Below, in pieces: positions 36,470 through 49,600 of a stretch of 64,000 bases of DNA. Source of the stretch: Malacoraja senta (Eukaryota); contig JAXLNO010000382.1 in the NCBI GenBank assembly GCA_038087875.1, positions 1 to 64,000 on the forward strand, written 5' to 3'. The translations under genes were made by a program, and so were the position numbers. Position 1 is the first letter of the stretch; every line of letters begins with the position of its first letter. Under the pieces are notes generated by a model, which was not told the origin of the DNA, made no database searches, and saw only the letters and a program-made list of their open reading frames with translations.

Positions 36470-37430
36470 GCGAGAGTGTCCTGGTGCGGACGGAGTGTGG
36501 AGTATCTCAGTGTCCTGGTTTGTGTGTGGAGTAACTCAGTGCCCTGGTGTGTAGAGTGTGGAGTAACTCAGTGTCCTGGTGTGTGTGGAGTGTGGAGTAA
36601 CTCATTGCCCTGGTGTGTGGAGTAACTCAGTGCCCTGGTGTGTGTGTGGAGTTTGGAGTAACTCAGTGTCCTGGTGTGTGTGTGGAGTTAGGAGTAACTC
36701 AGTGCCCTGGTGTGTGGAGTGTGGAGTAACTCAGGGTCCTGGTGTGTGTGTGTGTGGAGTTTGGAGTAACTCAGTGTCCTGGTGTGTGTGTGGAGTAACT
36801 CAGTGTCCTGATGAGTGTGGAGTAACTCAGTGCCCTGGTGTGTGTGTGGTGTGTGGAGTAACTCAGTGTCCTGGTGTGGGGGGAGGAGTGTGGAGTAACT
36901 CAGTGCCCTGGTGTGTGTGGAGTGTGGAGTAACTCAGTGCCCTGGTGTGTGTGGAGTGTGGAGTAACTCATTGCCCTGGTGTGTGGAGTGTGGAGTAACT
37001 CAGTATCCTGGTGTGTGGAGTGTGGAGTAACTCAGTGCCCTGGTGTGTGGAGTGTGGAGTAACTCAGTATCCTGGTGTGTGGAGTGTGGAGTAACTCAGT
37101 ATCCTGGTGTGTGGAGTGTGGAGTAACTCAGTGCCCTGGTGTGTGGAGTGTGGAGTAACTCAGTGCCCTGGTGTGTGGAGTGTGGAGTAACTCAGTATCC
37201 TGGTGTGTGGAGTGTGGAGTAACTCAGTGCCCTGGTGTGTGGAGTGTGGAGTAACTCAGTATCCTGGTGTGTGGAGTGTGGAGTAACTCAGTATCCTGGT
37301 GTGTGGAGTGTGGAGTAACTCAGTGCCCTGGTGTGTGGAGTGTGGAGTAACTCAGTATCCTGGTGTGTGGAGTGTGGAGTAACTCAGTGTCGTGGTGTGT
37401 GTGGAGTGTGGAGTAACTCAGTGCCGTGGT
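36470..37430. repeat. Minisatellite, 32-bp unit GTGTGGAGTGTGGAGTAACTCAGT(G/A)(C/T)CCTGGT, roughly 28-30 copies
   Basis: GAGTAACTCA recurs at 36961, 36993, 37025 and onward; the 5' half is more degenerate with variable GT runs. Confidence 0.96.
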
Positions 37431-37567
37431 GCGGGGGGGAGGGAGCGTGGAGTAACTCAGCGGGTCAGGCAGCATCACAGGAGATCATGGATAGATGACG
37501 AATTGCAGTTTGAGGCAAACCACCCCCACCCCTCTCACCCACCCGCCCACACGGCAAGGCTCCTCAC

Positions 37568-37697
37568 CTGCCCTCAGGAGGATGACCTGGTCATCCAGCA
37601 GAAGGTCGGAGAAGTGTGGGATGCGCTTTGCCCACTCCACCAGGGTGAAGAGCTGCTTGTCCGCTGCCTGGCAAATGTTGGTCACTGGGTCGTTGGG
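37568..37697 (-). CDS. RXRB: Retinoid X receptor (RXRB-like) LBD exon, helices 3-4: [43 protein letters not shown](G)
   Basis: Translation matches the RXR LBD signature; cag acceptor at 37698-37700, gtgag donor at 37567; 130 bp, phase 0 to 1, as in vertebrate RXR genes. Confidence 0.95.
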
Positions 37698-37939
37698 CTG
37701 TGGGAGGAGAGAGAATCACCGGTTACACATCGTCTCCGAGCACAAGCAACATCTCCGGACATCCCAGCTCAGTTTACACCCAACAAACCTCTTCTCCCTA
37801 TCAAGAACCCTTTCAGAGAAGAAGGGTCTCGACCTGAAATGGCACCTCTTCCTTCTCTCCACCGATGCTGCCTGACCCGCTGAGTTACTCCAGCATTTTA
37901 TGTCCTTCTTTGTAAAGCAGCATCTGCAGTTCCTTGTAT

Positions 37940-40900
37940 TATAGACAATATAGACAATACACAATAGACAATAGGTGCAGGAGTAGGCCATTTGGCCCTT
38001 CGAGCCAGCACTGCCATTCAATGTGATCATGGCTGATCATCCCCAATCAGTACCCCGTTCCTGCCTTCTCCCCATATCCCCTGACTCCGCTATTTTTAAG
38101 AGCCCTATCTAGCTCTTTCTTGAAAGCATTCAGAGAACCTGCCTCTGAGGCAGAGAATTCCACAGACTCACCACTCTCTGTGAGAAAAAGTGTTTCCTCG
38201 TCTCCGTTCTAAATGGCTTACTCCTTATTCTTAAACTGTGGCCCCTGGTTCTGGACTCCCCCCAACACCGGGAACATGTTTCCTGCCTCTAGCCTGTCCA
38301 AGCCCTTAACAATCTTAACAATGTTTCAATGAGATGCCCTCTCATCCTTCTAAACTTCAGAGTGTGCAAGCCCAGCTGCTCCATTCTCTCAGCATATGAC
38401 AGTCCCGCCATCCCGGGAATTAACCTTGTAAACCTACGCTGCACTCCCTCAATAGCAAGAATGTTCTTCCTCAAATTAGGGGACCAAAACTGCACACAAT
38501 ACTCCAGGTGTGGTCCCACTAGGGCTCTGTACAACTGCAGAAGGACATCTTTGCTCCTATATTCGATTCCTCTTGTTATAAAAGGCATCAAACAGGAAAT
38601 TAGAAATGCGTGCAACAAAGGCAAAACAGTTATAATGGGTGACTTCAATCTACATATAGATTGGGTGAATCAAATTGGCAGGGGTGCTGAGGAAGAGGAT
38701 TTCTTGGAATGTATGAGGGATAGTTATCTAAACCAACATGTAGAGGAACCAACGAGAGAGCAGGCTATTCTAGACTGGGTATTGAGTAATGAGGAAGGGT
38801 TAGTTAGCAGACTTGTTGTACGTGCCCCCCCCTTGGGCAAGAGTGATCATAATATGGTTGAGTTCTTCATTAGGATGGAGAGTGACATTGTTAATTCAGA
38901 AACAACGGTTCTGAACTTAAAGAAAGGTAACTTTGAGGGTATGAGACGTGAATTGGCCAAGATTGACTGGCAATTAGTTCTAAAAGGGTTGACGGTGGAT
39001 ATGCAATGGAAGGCATTTAAAGACTGCATGGATGAACTACAAAAATTGTTCATCCCAGTTTGGCAAAAGAATAAATCAAGGAAGGTAGTGCATCCGTGGA
39101 TAACAAGGGAAATCAGGGATAGTATCAAAGCAAAAGATGATGCGTACAAATTAGCCAGAAAAAGCAGCATACCAGAGGACTGGGAGAAATTCAGAGACCA
39201 GCAGAGGAGGACAAAGGGCTTAATTAGGAAAGGGAAAATAGATTATGAAAGGAAACTGGCAGGGAACATAAAAACTGACTGCAAAAGTTTTTATAGATAT
39301 GTGAAGAGAAAGAGATTAGTTAAATCAAATGTAGGTCCCTTGCAGTCAGAAACAGGTGAATTGATCATGGGGAACAAGGATATGGCAGACCAATTGAATA
39401 ACTACTTTGGTTCCGTCTTCACTAAGGAAGACATAAATAATTTGCCGGAAATAGCAGGGGGCCGTGGGTCAAAGGAGATGGAGGAACTGAGTGAAATCCA
39501 GGTTAGTCGGGAAGTGGTGTTGGGTAAATTGAATGGGTTAAAGGCCGATAAATCACCAGGGCCAGATAGGCTGCATCCCAGAGTACTTAAGGAAGTAGCT
39601 CCAGAAATAGTGGATGCATTAGTGATAATTTTTCAAAACTCTTTAGATTCTGGAGTAGTTCCTGAGGATTGGAGGGTAGCAAACGTAACCCCACTTTTTA
39701 AGAAGGGAGGGAGACAGAAAACGGGGAATTACAGACCAGTTAGTCTAACATCGGTAGTGGGGAAACTGCTAGAGTCAGTTATTAAAGATGGGATAGCAGC
39801 ACATTTGGAAAGTGGTGAAATCATTGGACAAAGTCAGCATGGATTTACGAAAGGTAAATCGTGTCTGACGAATCTTATAGAATTTTTCGAGGATGTAACT
39901 AGTAGAGTGGATAGGGGAGAACCAGTGGATGTGTTGTATCTGGACTTTCAGAAGGCTTTCGACAAGGTACCACATAAGAGATTAGGATACAAACTTAAAT
40001 CACACGGTATTGGGGGTTCAGTATTGATGTGGATAGAGAACTGGCTAGCAAACAGGAAGCAAAGAGTAGGAGTAAACGGGTCCTTTTCACAATGGCAGGC
40101 AGTGACTAGTGGGGTACCGCAAGGCTCAGTGCTGGGACCCCAGCTATTTACAATTTATATTAATGATCTGGACGAGGGAATTGAAAGCAACATCTCCAAG
40201 TTTGCGGATGACACTAAGCTGGGGGGCAGTGTTAGCTGTGAGGAGGATGCTAGGAGACTGCAAGGTGACTTGGATAGGCTGGGTGAGTGGGCAAATGTTT
40301 GGCAGATGCAGTATAATGTGGATAAATGTGAGGTTATCCACTTTGGTAGCAAAAATGGGAAGGCAGACTATTATCTAAATGGTGGCCGATTAGGAAATGG
40401 GGAGATGCAGCGAGACCTGGGTGTCATGGTACACCAGTTATTGAAAGTAGGCATGCAGGTGCAGCAGGCAGTGAAGAAAGCAAATGGTATGTTGGCCTTC
40501 ATAGCAAGAGGATTTGAGTATAGGAGCAGGGAGGTTCTACTGCAGTTGTACAGGGTCTTGGTGAGACCACACCTGGAGTATTGCGTACAGTTTTGGTCTC
40601 CAAATCTGAGGAAGGACATTATAGCCATAGAGGGAGTGCAGAGAAGGTTCACCAGACTGATTCCTGGGATGTCAGGACTTTCATATGAAGAAAGACTGGA
40701 TAGACTTGGCTTATACTCGCTAGAATTTAGGAGATTGAGAGGGGATCTTATAGAAACGTACAAAATTCTTATGGGGTTGGACAGGCTAGATGCAGGAAGG
40801 TTGTTCCCGATGTTGGGGAAGTCCAGGACAAGGGGTCACAGCTTAAGGATAAGGGGGAAATCCTTTAAGACCGAGATGAGGAAAAACTTTTTCACACAGA

Positions 40901-41476
40901 GAGTGGTGAATCTCTGGAACTCTCTGCCACAGAGGGTAGTTGAGGCCAGTTCATTGGCTATATTTAAGAGGGAATTAGATGTGGCCCTTGTGGCTAAAGG
41001 GATCAGGGGGTATGGAGAGAAGGCAGGTACGGGATACTGAGTTGGATGATCAGCCATGATCGTATTGAATGGCGGTGCAGGCTCGAAGGGCCGAATGGCC
41101 TACTCCTGCACCTATTTTCTATGTATCTATGTATCTATGTAACATGCCATTCGCTTTATTCACTGCCTGCTGTACCTGCATGCTTACTTTCATAGACTGA
41201 TGTACAAGGACCCCCAGATCCCGTTGTACTTCCCCTTTTCCCAACTTGACGCCATTTAGATAGTAATCTGCCTTCCTGTTTTTGCTACCAAAGTGGATAA
41301 CCTCACATTTATCTGCATTAAATTCATCTGCCATGCATCTGCTCACTCCCCCAACCTGTCCAAGTCACCCTGCATTATCATAGCATCCTCCTCACAGTTC
41401 ACACTGCCACCCAGCTTTGTGTTATCTGCAAATTTGCTCATGTTACTTTGAATCCCTTCATCCAAATCATTGATCA
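37940..41476 (-). mobile_element. CR1 LINE 3' fragment split by a younger CR1 (pieces 37940-38582 and 41141-41476)
   Basis: Consensus tcttgttataaaggccaacatgccattcgc is broken into ...tcttgttataaaaggc (38586) and aacatgccattcgc (41141). Confidence 0.88.
38583..41140 (+). mobile_element. Young 5'-truncated CR1 LINE with an uninterrupted ORF2 (end of APE endonuclease plus complete RT)
   Basis: About 820 open codons to TGA 41040: [42 protein letters not shown]; 3' hairpin and (CTATGTAT)n tail. Confidence 0.95.
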
Positions 41477-42835
41477 TTTACTAAAGGTTTTTTGCAGTGT
41501 AGTCTCTGACACTTAGTTTAGTTTTAACTTTTCTTTGGAGATACAGTGCGGAAACAGGCCCTTCGGCCCACCGGGTCCGCACCGAACAGCGATCCCCGCA
41601 CACTCGCACTGTCCTACATACTAGGGACAATTTACAATTGATACCAAAGACAATTAACCTACAAACCTGTACGTCCTTGAAGTGGGGAAGGAAACGGAAG
41701 CACCCGGAGAAAACCCACGCAGGTCACGGGGTGAACGTACAAACTCCGTACAGACAGCACCCGTAGTCAGGATCAAACCTGGGTCTCTGACGCTGTGAGG
41801 CAGCAACTCTATCGCTACGCCACCGTGCCGCCCAATGTGGGAATGTAATGTGGGAATCATATCCACACAGATGGCCATAGAGTGGAGTGAGACCACGAGC
41901 AGCAATAGTAAAGTTATCTTCTGGGGAAAGATTTGATTGAATTGATGCCCGACAGTAACACATTTTCCCCAGAGGGTGGACAGCATGGCCTGAGAGGTGG
42001 TGGACGCAGAGACTCAAACAAAGCGGCACGGTGGTGCAGCGGTAGAGACCCGGGTTCCATCCTGACTACGGGTGCTGTCTGTACGGAGTTTGTACGTACA
42101 GGTTTGTAGGTTGATTAGGCTTCGGTCAAATGTAAATTGTCCCTAGTGTGTAGGATAGTGTTAGTGTGCGGGGATCGCTCGATTAACCCAAATCAATTGA
42201 TTGAAAAATACAGACTGGAGACTGGCCCACCGAGTCCACGCCGACCATCGATCACCCGTTCACACGAGTTCTATGTTACTTTCTCATCCACTTCCTATAC
42301 ACTTTACAGAGGGCCAATTAACCTACAAACCTGCATGTCTTTGGGACGTGGGAGGAAACCGGAGCAAACCCACACGGTCACAGAGGGAAAAGTGAAAACT
42401 CCACACACACACACACAGCACCCAGAGTCAGGATCGAACCCGAGTCTGTGGTGCTCTGAGGCAGCGGTTCTACCTGCTGCAGCACTGTGGCAGAGGATAG
42501 AAGCCCCGTGCATCTTTGCAAGATAGCCTCGGTTGCGAGGACTAACAATGCTTTTGTTTAACGTTACCTACAAAGGAAAGCAGTTCCGACATACAGTGCT
42601 CCAGTCCACAGCAAGGGTGCTTCAGGCTGAGTCCCGACTCCCCACCTGATTCTGGCTCTGCTGCTGAACCTCAATTCACTGTACGTAAGAAAAGAACACA
42701 AAGTGGTGGAGGAGCTCAGCGGGTCAGGCAGCATCTGTGGAGGACATGGATCTGTGACGTTTTGTGTCGGGTCCTTTGAGCCTGACCCAAAACATCGCCT
42801 TTCCATGTTCTGATGCTGCCTCACCTGCTGAGTAA

Positions 42836-43166
42836 TAGCCCTGTCCCACGGTACGAGTTCATTGCAAGAGCTCTCCCGAGTTTAAAAAAAATCAAACTCG
42901 TGGTAAGCACGGAGAATGAATGTAGCGGGTACGTCGGAGCTCGGGGACGTCTCTTAGCGGCTCGTAACGCTAACGGCAGGCACTCGGGAAGACTCGCTAA
43001 CGGCAGGTAAGCACGGGAAGATTCGTGAACATTTTTCAACATGTTTGAAAAATGTCCACGAGAGCCCCGAGTACCGACGAGTGGCCATTACCATAAATCT
43101 CCGAGTTCGAATCAGGGCAAACTCGGGAGAGCTCTTGGAATGAACTCGTACTGTGGGACAGAGCTT
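42836..43166. mobile_element. PIF/Harbinger-type MITE (second subfamily) inserted in a PLE fragment
   Basis: About 45-bp TIRs CTGTCCCAC(G/A)GTACGAGTTCATT(G/C)CAAGAGCTCTCCCGAGTTT; TAA/TTA flanks; shares aaaaatgtccacgag with the 17295 MITE. Confidence 0.8.
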
Positions 43167-43237
43167 TTACCCCAGCACTTTGTGTTTGAATCAAGAGTCC
43201 AGCATCTGCAATTCATTATGTGTAAAGATGAGAACAC

Positions 43238-43775
43238 CAAATCTGAGGAAGGACATTATAGCCATAGAGGGAGTGCAGAGAAGGTTCACCAGACTGATTC
43301 CTGGGATGTCAGGACTTTCATATGAAGAAAGACTGGATAGACTTGGCTTATACTCGCTAGAATTTAGGAGATTGAGAGGGGATCTTATAGAAACGTACAA
43401 AATTCTTATGGGGTTGGACAGGCTAGAATAGATGCAGGAAGATTGTTCCCGATGTTGGGGAAGTCCAGGACAAGGGGTCACAGCTTAAGGATAAGGGGGA
43501 AATCCTTTAAGACCGAGATGAGAAAAAACTTTTTCACACAGAGAGTGGTGAATCTCTGGAACTCTCTGCCACAGAGGGTAGTTGAGGCCAGTTCATTGGC
43601 TATATTTAAGAGGGAGTTAGATGTGGCCCTTGTGGCTAAAGGGATCAGGGGGTATGGAGAGAAGGCAGGTACGGGATACTGAGTTGGATGATCAGCCATG
43701 ATCATATTGAATGGCGGTGCAGGCTCGAAGGGCCGAATGGCCTACTCCTGCACCTATTTTCTATGTATCTATGTA
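43238..43775 (+). mobile_element. CR1 3' fragment nearly identical to 40600-41135
   Basis: Direct sequence comparison. Confidence 0.9.
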
Positions 43776-45129
43776 TCACCTGTAACATTTCCCCCCACAC
43801 TATTTGGCCTAAACTTTAACCCATAAACACCAAACTCGGAGGACATAGTGTCACCTGCACAGCAACTCACCAGATCACAGCAGCATTGTGCTGAAGTCAC
43901 TGGACTACAAATCAGATACACCAGACAAGAGTTCAGGGGGATTTCGATGGGCCAAACGGCCTAATTCTACTCCTATAACTCATGAACTTGTGAATCAAAT
44001 ACAATTAATCCATAGAGAGTCATATACTGCTACAGTGTAGAAACGGACCCTTCAGGTCAACTTGCCCACACCGGCCAACATGTCCCAGCTACACTAGTCC
44101 CACCTGCCTGCGTTTGGTTCATATCCCTCCAAATTTGTCATATCCATGTACCTGTCTAACTGTTTCTTAAACCTCGTGATAGTCCCAGCCTTAACTACCT
44201 CCTCTGGCAGCTTGTTCCATACACCCAGCACTCTTTGTATGAAAAAGTCACCCCTCACTTTCCTATTACATTGTTTCCCCTTCACCTTAAACCTATGTCC
44301 TCTGGTCTTCGATTCACCTTCAATGACCTTTAATATGTTTTTACAGTTTTTAAATCAGTATAAGTGAGGAGATACCCTGATTATTGTAAAAAGCGTACAT
44401 TGTCTTTATGGAAAATAAATTTGCCCTCCTGCCCTCCAGTCTGCCCTCGATGTAAAACACAAAGTGGCGGAGATACTCAGCGGGTCAGGCAGCATCTCTG
44501 GAGAGAATGGACAGGTGACGTCTCGGGATCGGGACCCTTCTTCAGACTCATGAAGGGAGAGAAGGTGGAAAAGAGAGGCGGTGGCAAGTGATAGGTGGAT
44601 ACAGTGTTTGGGGGGCAGGGGTTGAGTCAAAGAGAGGACAGAGGGTGTCAGGAGTGAAATGTAAAGCCATAGGGAGGGATAAAAGGTTGAAGGGGACACG
44701 GAAAGGAGGGGGATAAAAGAGAAATCGGGGATGGGAGATAAGTGGAGTAGTAGAAAGGAGCAGGGTGACTGGAAGGGTGGGAGATATAGGGAGGAATGGA
44801 TGGACACTGGGTGGGAGGGGGGGGGCTTCTTACTTGAAACTGCAGATTTCAATGTTCACTTGTGTAGGAAGGAACTGCAGATGCTGGTTTAACTCAGCGG
44901 GACAGGCAGCATCTCCGGAGAGAAGGAATGGGTGACGTTTCGAGTCTGAGGAAGGATCTCGATCCGAAATGTCACCCATTCCTTCTCTCCAGACATACTC
45001 CTGTTACTCCAACTTTTTGTGTCTATCTCCACCCACCAATTACCAGGCTTTGTCCTTTCCCCCACCTCTTTTCCACCTTTCCCATCCCCCTCCATCCCGA
45101 CTATATTGAGTCTGAAAAGGGGTCCCGAC

Positions 45130-46665
45130 TCATAGAAACATAGAAAATAGGTGCAGGAGGAGGACATTCGGACCTTCGAGCCAGCACCGCCATTCATTGT
45201 GATCATGGCTGATCGTCCCCAATCAATAACCCGTGCCTGCCTTCTCCCCATACCCCTTGACTCCACTAGCCCCTAGAGCTCTATCTAACTCTCTCTTAAA
45301 TCCATCCAGTGACTTGGCCTCCACTGCCCTCTGTGGCAGGGAATTCCATAAATTCACAACCCTCTGGGTGAAAAAGTTTTTTCTCACCTCAGTCTTAAAT
45401 GGCCTCCCCTTTATTCTAAGACTGTTGCCCCTGGTTCTCGACTCGCCCAACATTGGGAACATTTTTCCTGCATCTAGCTTGTCCAGTCCTTTTATAATTT
45501 TATATGTTTCTCTAAGATCCCCCTCATCCTAAACTCCAGTAAATACAAGCCTAGTCTTTTCAATCTTTCCTCATATGACAGTCCCGCCATCCCAGGGATC
45601 AATCTCGTGAACCTACGCTGCACTGCCTCAATCACAAGGATGTCCTTCCTCATATTAGGAGACCAAAGCTGTACGCAATACTCTAGATGTGGTCTCACCA
45701 GAGCCCTATACAACTGCAGAAGAACCTCTTTACTCCTATACTGAAATCCTCTTCTTATGAAGGCCAACATTCCATTAGCTTTCTTCACTGCCTGCTGTAT
45801 CTGCACGCCAACTTTCAGTGACCGGTGTACAAGGACACCCAGGTCTCGCTGTACCTCCCCCTTACCTAACCTAACCCCATTGAGATAATAATCTGCCCCC
45901 TTGTTTTTGCCACCAAAGTGGATAACCTCACATTTATCTATATTATACTGCATCTGCCACGCATCTGCCCACTCACTCAACCTGTCCAGGTCACCCTGCA
46001 ACCTCCTAACATCCTCTTCACAGTTCACACTGCCACCCAGCTTTGTGTCACCCACAAACTTGCTAGAGTTGCTCCTAATTCCCTCTTCCAAATCATTAAT
46101 ATATATGGTAAACAGTAGCGGCCCCAACACCGAGCCTTGCGGCACTCCACTGCCTGCCATTCTGAAAAGGACCCGTTCACTCTTACTCTTTGCTTCCTGT
46201 CTGCCAACCAATTTTCTATCCACGTCAACACCCTACCCCCAATATCATGTGCTCTAATTTTAGTCACCAGTCTCCCGTGCGGGACCTTATCAAAGGCTTT
46301 CTGAAAGTTTAGATACACTACATCCACTGGCACCCCTTCATCCATTTTACTTGTCACATCTTCAAAAAATTCCAGAAGATTAGTCAAGCATGATTTCCCT
46401 TTCATAAATCCATGCTGACTTGGACTAATCCTTTAACTGCTAACCAAATGCCCCATTATTACCTCTTTAATAATTGACTCCAGCATCTTTCCCACCACCG
46501 AAGTCAGGCTAACTGGTCTGTAATTCCCCGTTTTCTCTCTCGCTCCTTTCTTGAAAAGTGGGATAACATTAGATATCCTTCAATGCACATGACCTGATCC
46601 TGAGTCTATTGAACATTGGAAAATGATCACCAATGCGTCCATTATTTCTAGAGCCACCTCCCTGA
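45130..46665 (-). mobile_element. CR1 LINE RT fragment (same subfamily as 341-1605)
   Basis: Frameshifted RT peptides, 3' UTR and tail. Confidence 0.9.
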
Positions 46666-49600
46666 GGACTATAAACATCGCTTCTCCATTCCCTCCGTAG
46701 ATGTTGCCTGGGCTGCTGAATTCCTCCAGCACTTGGTGTTTTGCTCAGGATTGCAGCATCTGCAGTTTCCAGTATCGGGCCCAACATGTCACTCTGTCAC
46801 ACCGCCACAGTTGTGATGGAAGGACATTGAGCTGAAACTTGAACTGTTCCTCCCTCGCGCAGCGGGTAGAGTTGCTGCCTCACAGCGCCAAAGACCTGGG
46901 TTCAATCCCAACTAAGGGCGCTGTACGTTCTCCCCGTGACCTGCGTGGGTTTTCACCGGGTGCTCCGGTTTCCTCCCACACTCCAAAGGCATGCAGGTTT
47001 GCTGGCTTGGTATAATTGCAAATAGCACTCGTGGGTTAGTGTCAGGGATCGCTGGTCGGCGTGGATTCAGTGGGCCAAAGGACCTGTTTCCGCCCTCTAT
47101 CTCTAAACTAAATTAAACAAGGTCTAAGTCTGTGGATCTGAATGTAGGTTGGATTCTGGTCCATCTATAATGTTAATATGCATTGACAGGGCTATGCAAT
47201 AAATATTACAATAAGCTACTTAACAATCTCCAATCCCATCTGTTTAGTTCAGTTTAGTTTGGAGATAAAGCGTGGAAGGCCCTTCAGCCCTAGAGTTCAC
47301 GCTGACCAGCGATCAACCCGTCTCTGGCTCTGTGAGGCAGCGGCTCTCCTCTCTGCGCTGCCTTGGGTCTAGAGGAAGGAAGTCTCACTATAAATGCACA
47401 CCTGGAGAACCAGGGAACCAGCTACGTGCGGCCGACGTTGCTTCTTATGTACATGACCAACTTCATGCAGAGAAGGTGAGATTAGTAAAGTGGCAGATGA
47501 CGCAAAACACAGTTCTATCGAGGATAGTCTCAGGGTGTAAAAATATACTGATGGGCTTAAAATTGGAAACAGGAATGACAAAATGGAATTTAACCCTCAA
47601 GAGTGCAAAGTGAAGTCAAATGAAGATAGGGGGCTGGGGGTGCAGTGGAACAGAGGGACCTCAGTGTATAGTACCTGTTACTCCCTTACTGCTATCCAAG
47701 AGGTCAAGATAGACATAAAAAGCTGCAGTAACTCAGCGGGCTCGGCAGGGTCTCTGGAGAGGACTAGGTGATATTATGGGTCGAGACCCTTCCTCAGACT
47801 GAAATCTCAATATTTTTACTGCAGAGATAGATAGATTCAAGGTCAATTTATTGTCACATGTACCAATTAAGGTACAGTGAAATTTGATTAGTCACGGTGG
47901 CGCAGCGGTAGAGTTGCTGCCTTACAGCGAATGCATTGCCGGACACCCGGGTTCAATCCTGACTACGGGTGCTGTCTGTACGGAGTTTGCACGTTCTCCC
48001 CATGACCTGCGTGGGTTTTCTCAGAGATCATCGCTTTCTTCTCACATACCAAAGACGTACAGGTTTGTAGGTTAATTGGCTTGGTATAAATGTAAAAATT
48101 GTCCCCAGTGGGTGTAGGATAGTGTTAATGTGCGGGGATCGCTGGTTGGCGTGGACCCGGTGGGCCGAAGGGCCTGTTTCTGCGCTCTATGCCTAAACTA
48201 AACTACAGGTGTCCGAGGTTATTGTGAGAAGGCAGGAGAATAGGGTTAGGAGGGAGGGATAGATCAGCCATGATTGAATGGCGTAGACTTGATGGGCCAA
48301 AAGGCCTAATTCACTGCTATTCATTCTGACCTTATAGAACAGTGCATTAGTCTGAAAAACGGTCTCAACCCGAAACGTCACCTATTCCTTTTCTCCAGAG
48401 ATGCTATCTGTCCCACTGAGATATTAGCATTTTCTCTCTATCTTTGGTGTAAACCAGCATCTTTAGTTTAATTTAGTTTAGACCACGTCTACGCCGACCA
48501 GCAATCCCCGCACATTAGCATTATCCTACACACTAGGGACAATTAATAACTTTACCGAAGCCAATTAACCTACAAACCTGTACGCCTTTGGAGTGTGGGA
48601 GGAAACGGAAGTACCCGGAGTAAACCCACACAGGTCGCGGGGAGAAGGTACAAACTCCGTACAGACAGCACCCGAGGTAAGGATGGAACCCGGGTTTCTG
48701 GCACTGTGAGACAGCAACTCTACCGCTGCACCACCCTAGCAGTTCCTTCCTTGGCAGACACGAGGTGACAACTTTTCTCTCACAGAAACAGGCCCCAGCC
48801 GCTGTGCCACTGTGCTGCCCATACATGGAAACAGTGTCTGCTGTGTTTCTGTGGCTGGAGACACAGAATATCCACCGAGGTAGTGGAGAACCATAGGTCC
48901 AGAGTACATGAGGAACAAGCCTTCTCTTCCATCAAACCTACCCCACATTTCGAACAGGCCCTTCAGCCCATCATGTCCCTGCTAAACAACGGGTACCTAT
49001 CCATGCTAACCCCACCTACTTTCACTTGCTCTGCAGTCATCTATGTCTCAGTGCACATCCAGATCCTCCTCAAGCTTGGCACAGTGGGTAGAGTCGCTGC
49101 CTCACCGCTCCAGAGACCCAGGTTCAATCCTGACCTCACCCACTGTCTGTGTGGAGTTTCCATGTTCTCCCTCTGACCGTGTGGGTTTCCTCTAGGTGCT
49201 CCGGTTTCCTCCCACATCCCAAAGACTTGCGGGTTTGTAGGTTAATTGCCCCCAGTGTGTAGGGAGTTGATGTAAAAGTGGGATAACATGGAACGAGAGT
49301 GAACGGGTGGGTGATCGATGGTCGGTGTGGACTTGGCTCTGGAGATAGAGTGTGGAAATAGGCCCTTCGGCCCGACCGAGTCCACGCCGACCAGCGATCG
49401 CCCCGTACACCAGTGGGGTCCCTACTCCCCAGGGACAATTTATAATTTTACAAAAGACAATTAACCTACAAACCTGTACGTCTTTGGGATGTGGGAGGAA
49501 ACCGGAGCACCCGGAGGAAACCCACGCAGTGAACTCTGTGGGCCGACGGGCTAGTTTCCCCGCTGTATTTCTAAACTAAACAAGAGTTTGGATTGGGAGT

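Noticed and set aside
36470..37430. CRISPR-like regular repeat
   Set aside because: No unique spacers and no cas genes; simple eukaryotic minisatellite.
38329..41040. 903-aa novel protein
   Set aside because: The first ~84 codons are antisense CR1 sequence read through an insertion junction; the rest is truncated CR1 ORF2.
42568..42678. 111-bp AG/GT-bounded exon candidate on the minus strand
   Set aside because: Open only in phase 2, whereas this RXR intron is phase 0 (where it begins with TGA); no similarity to the RXR hinge. A poison exon cannot be excluded without RNA data.
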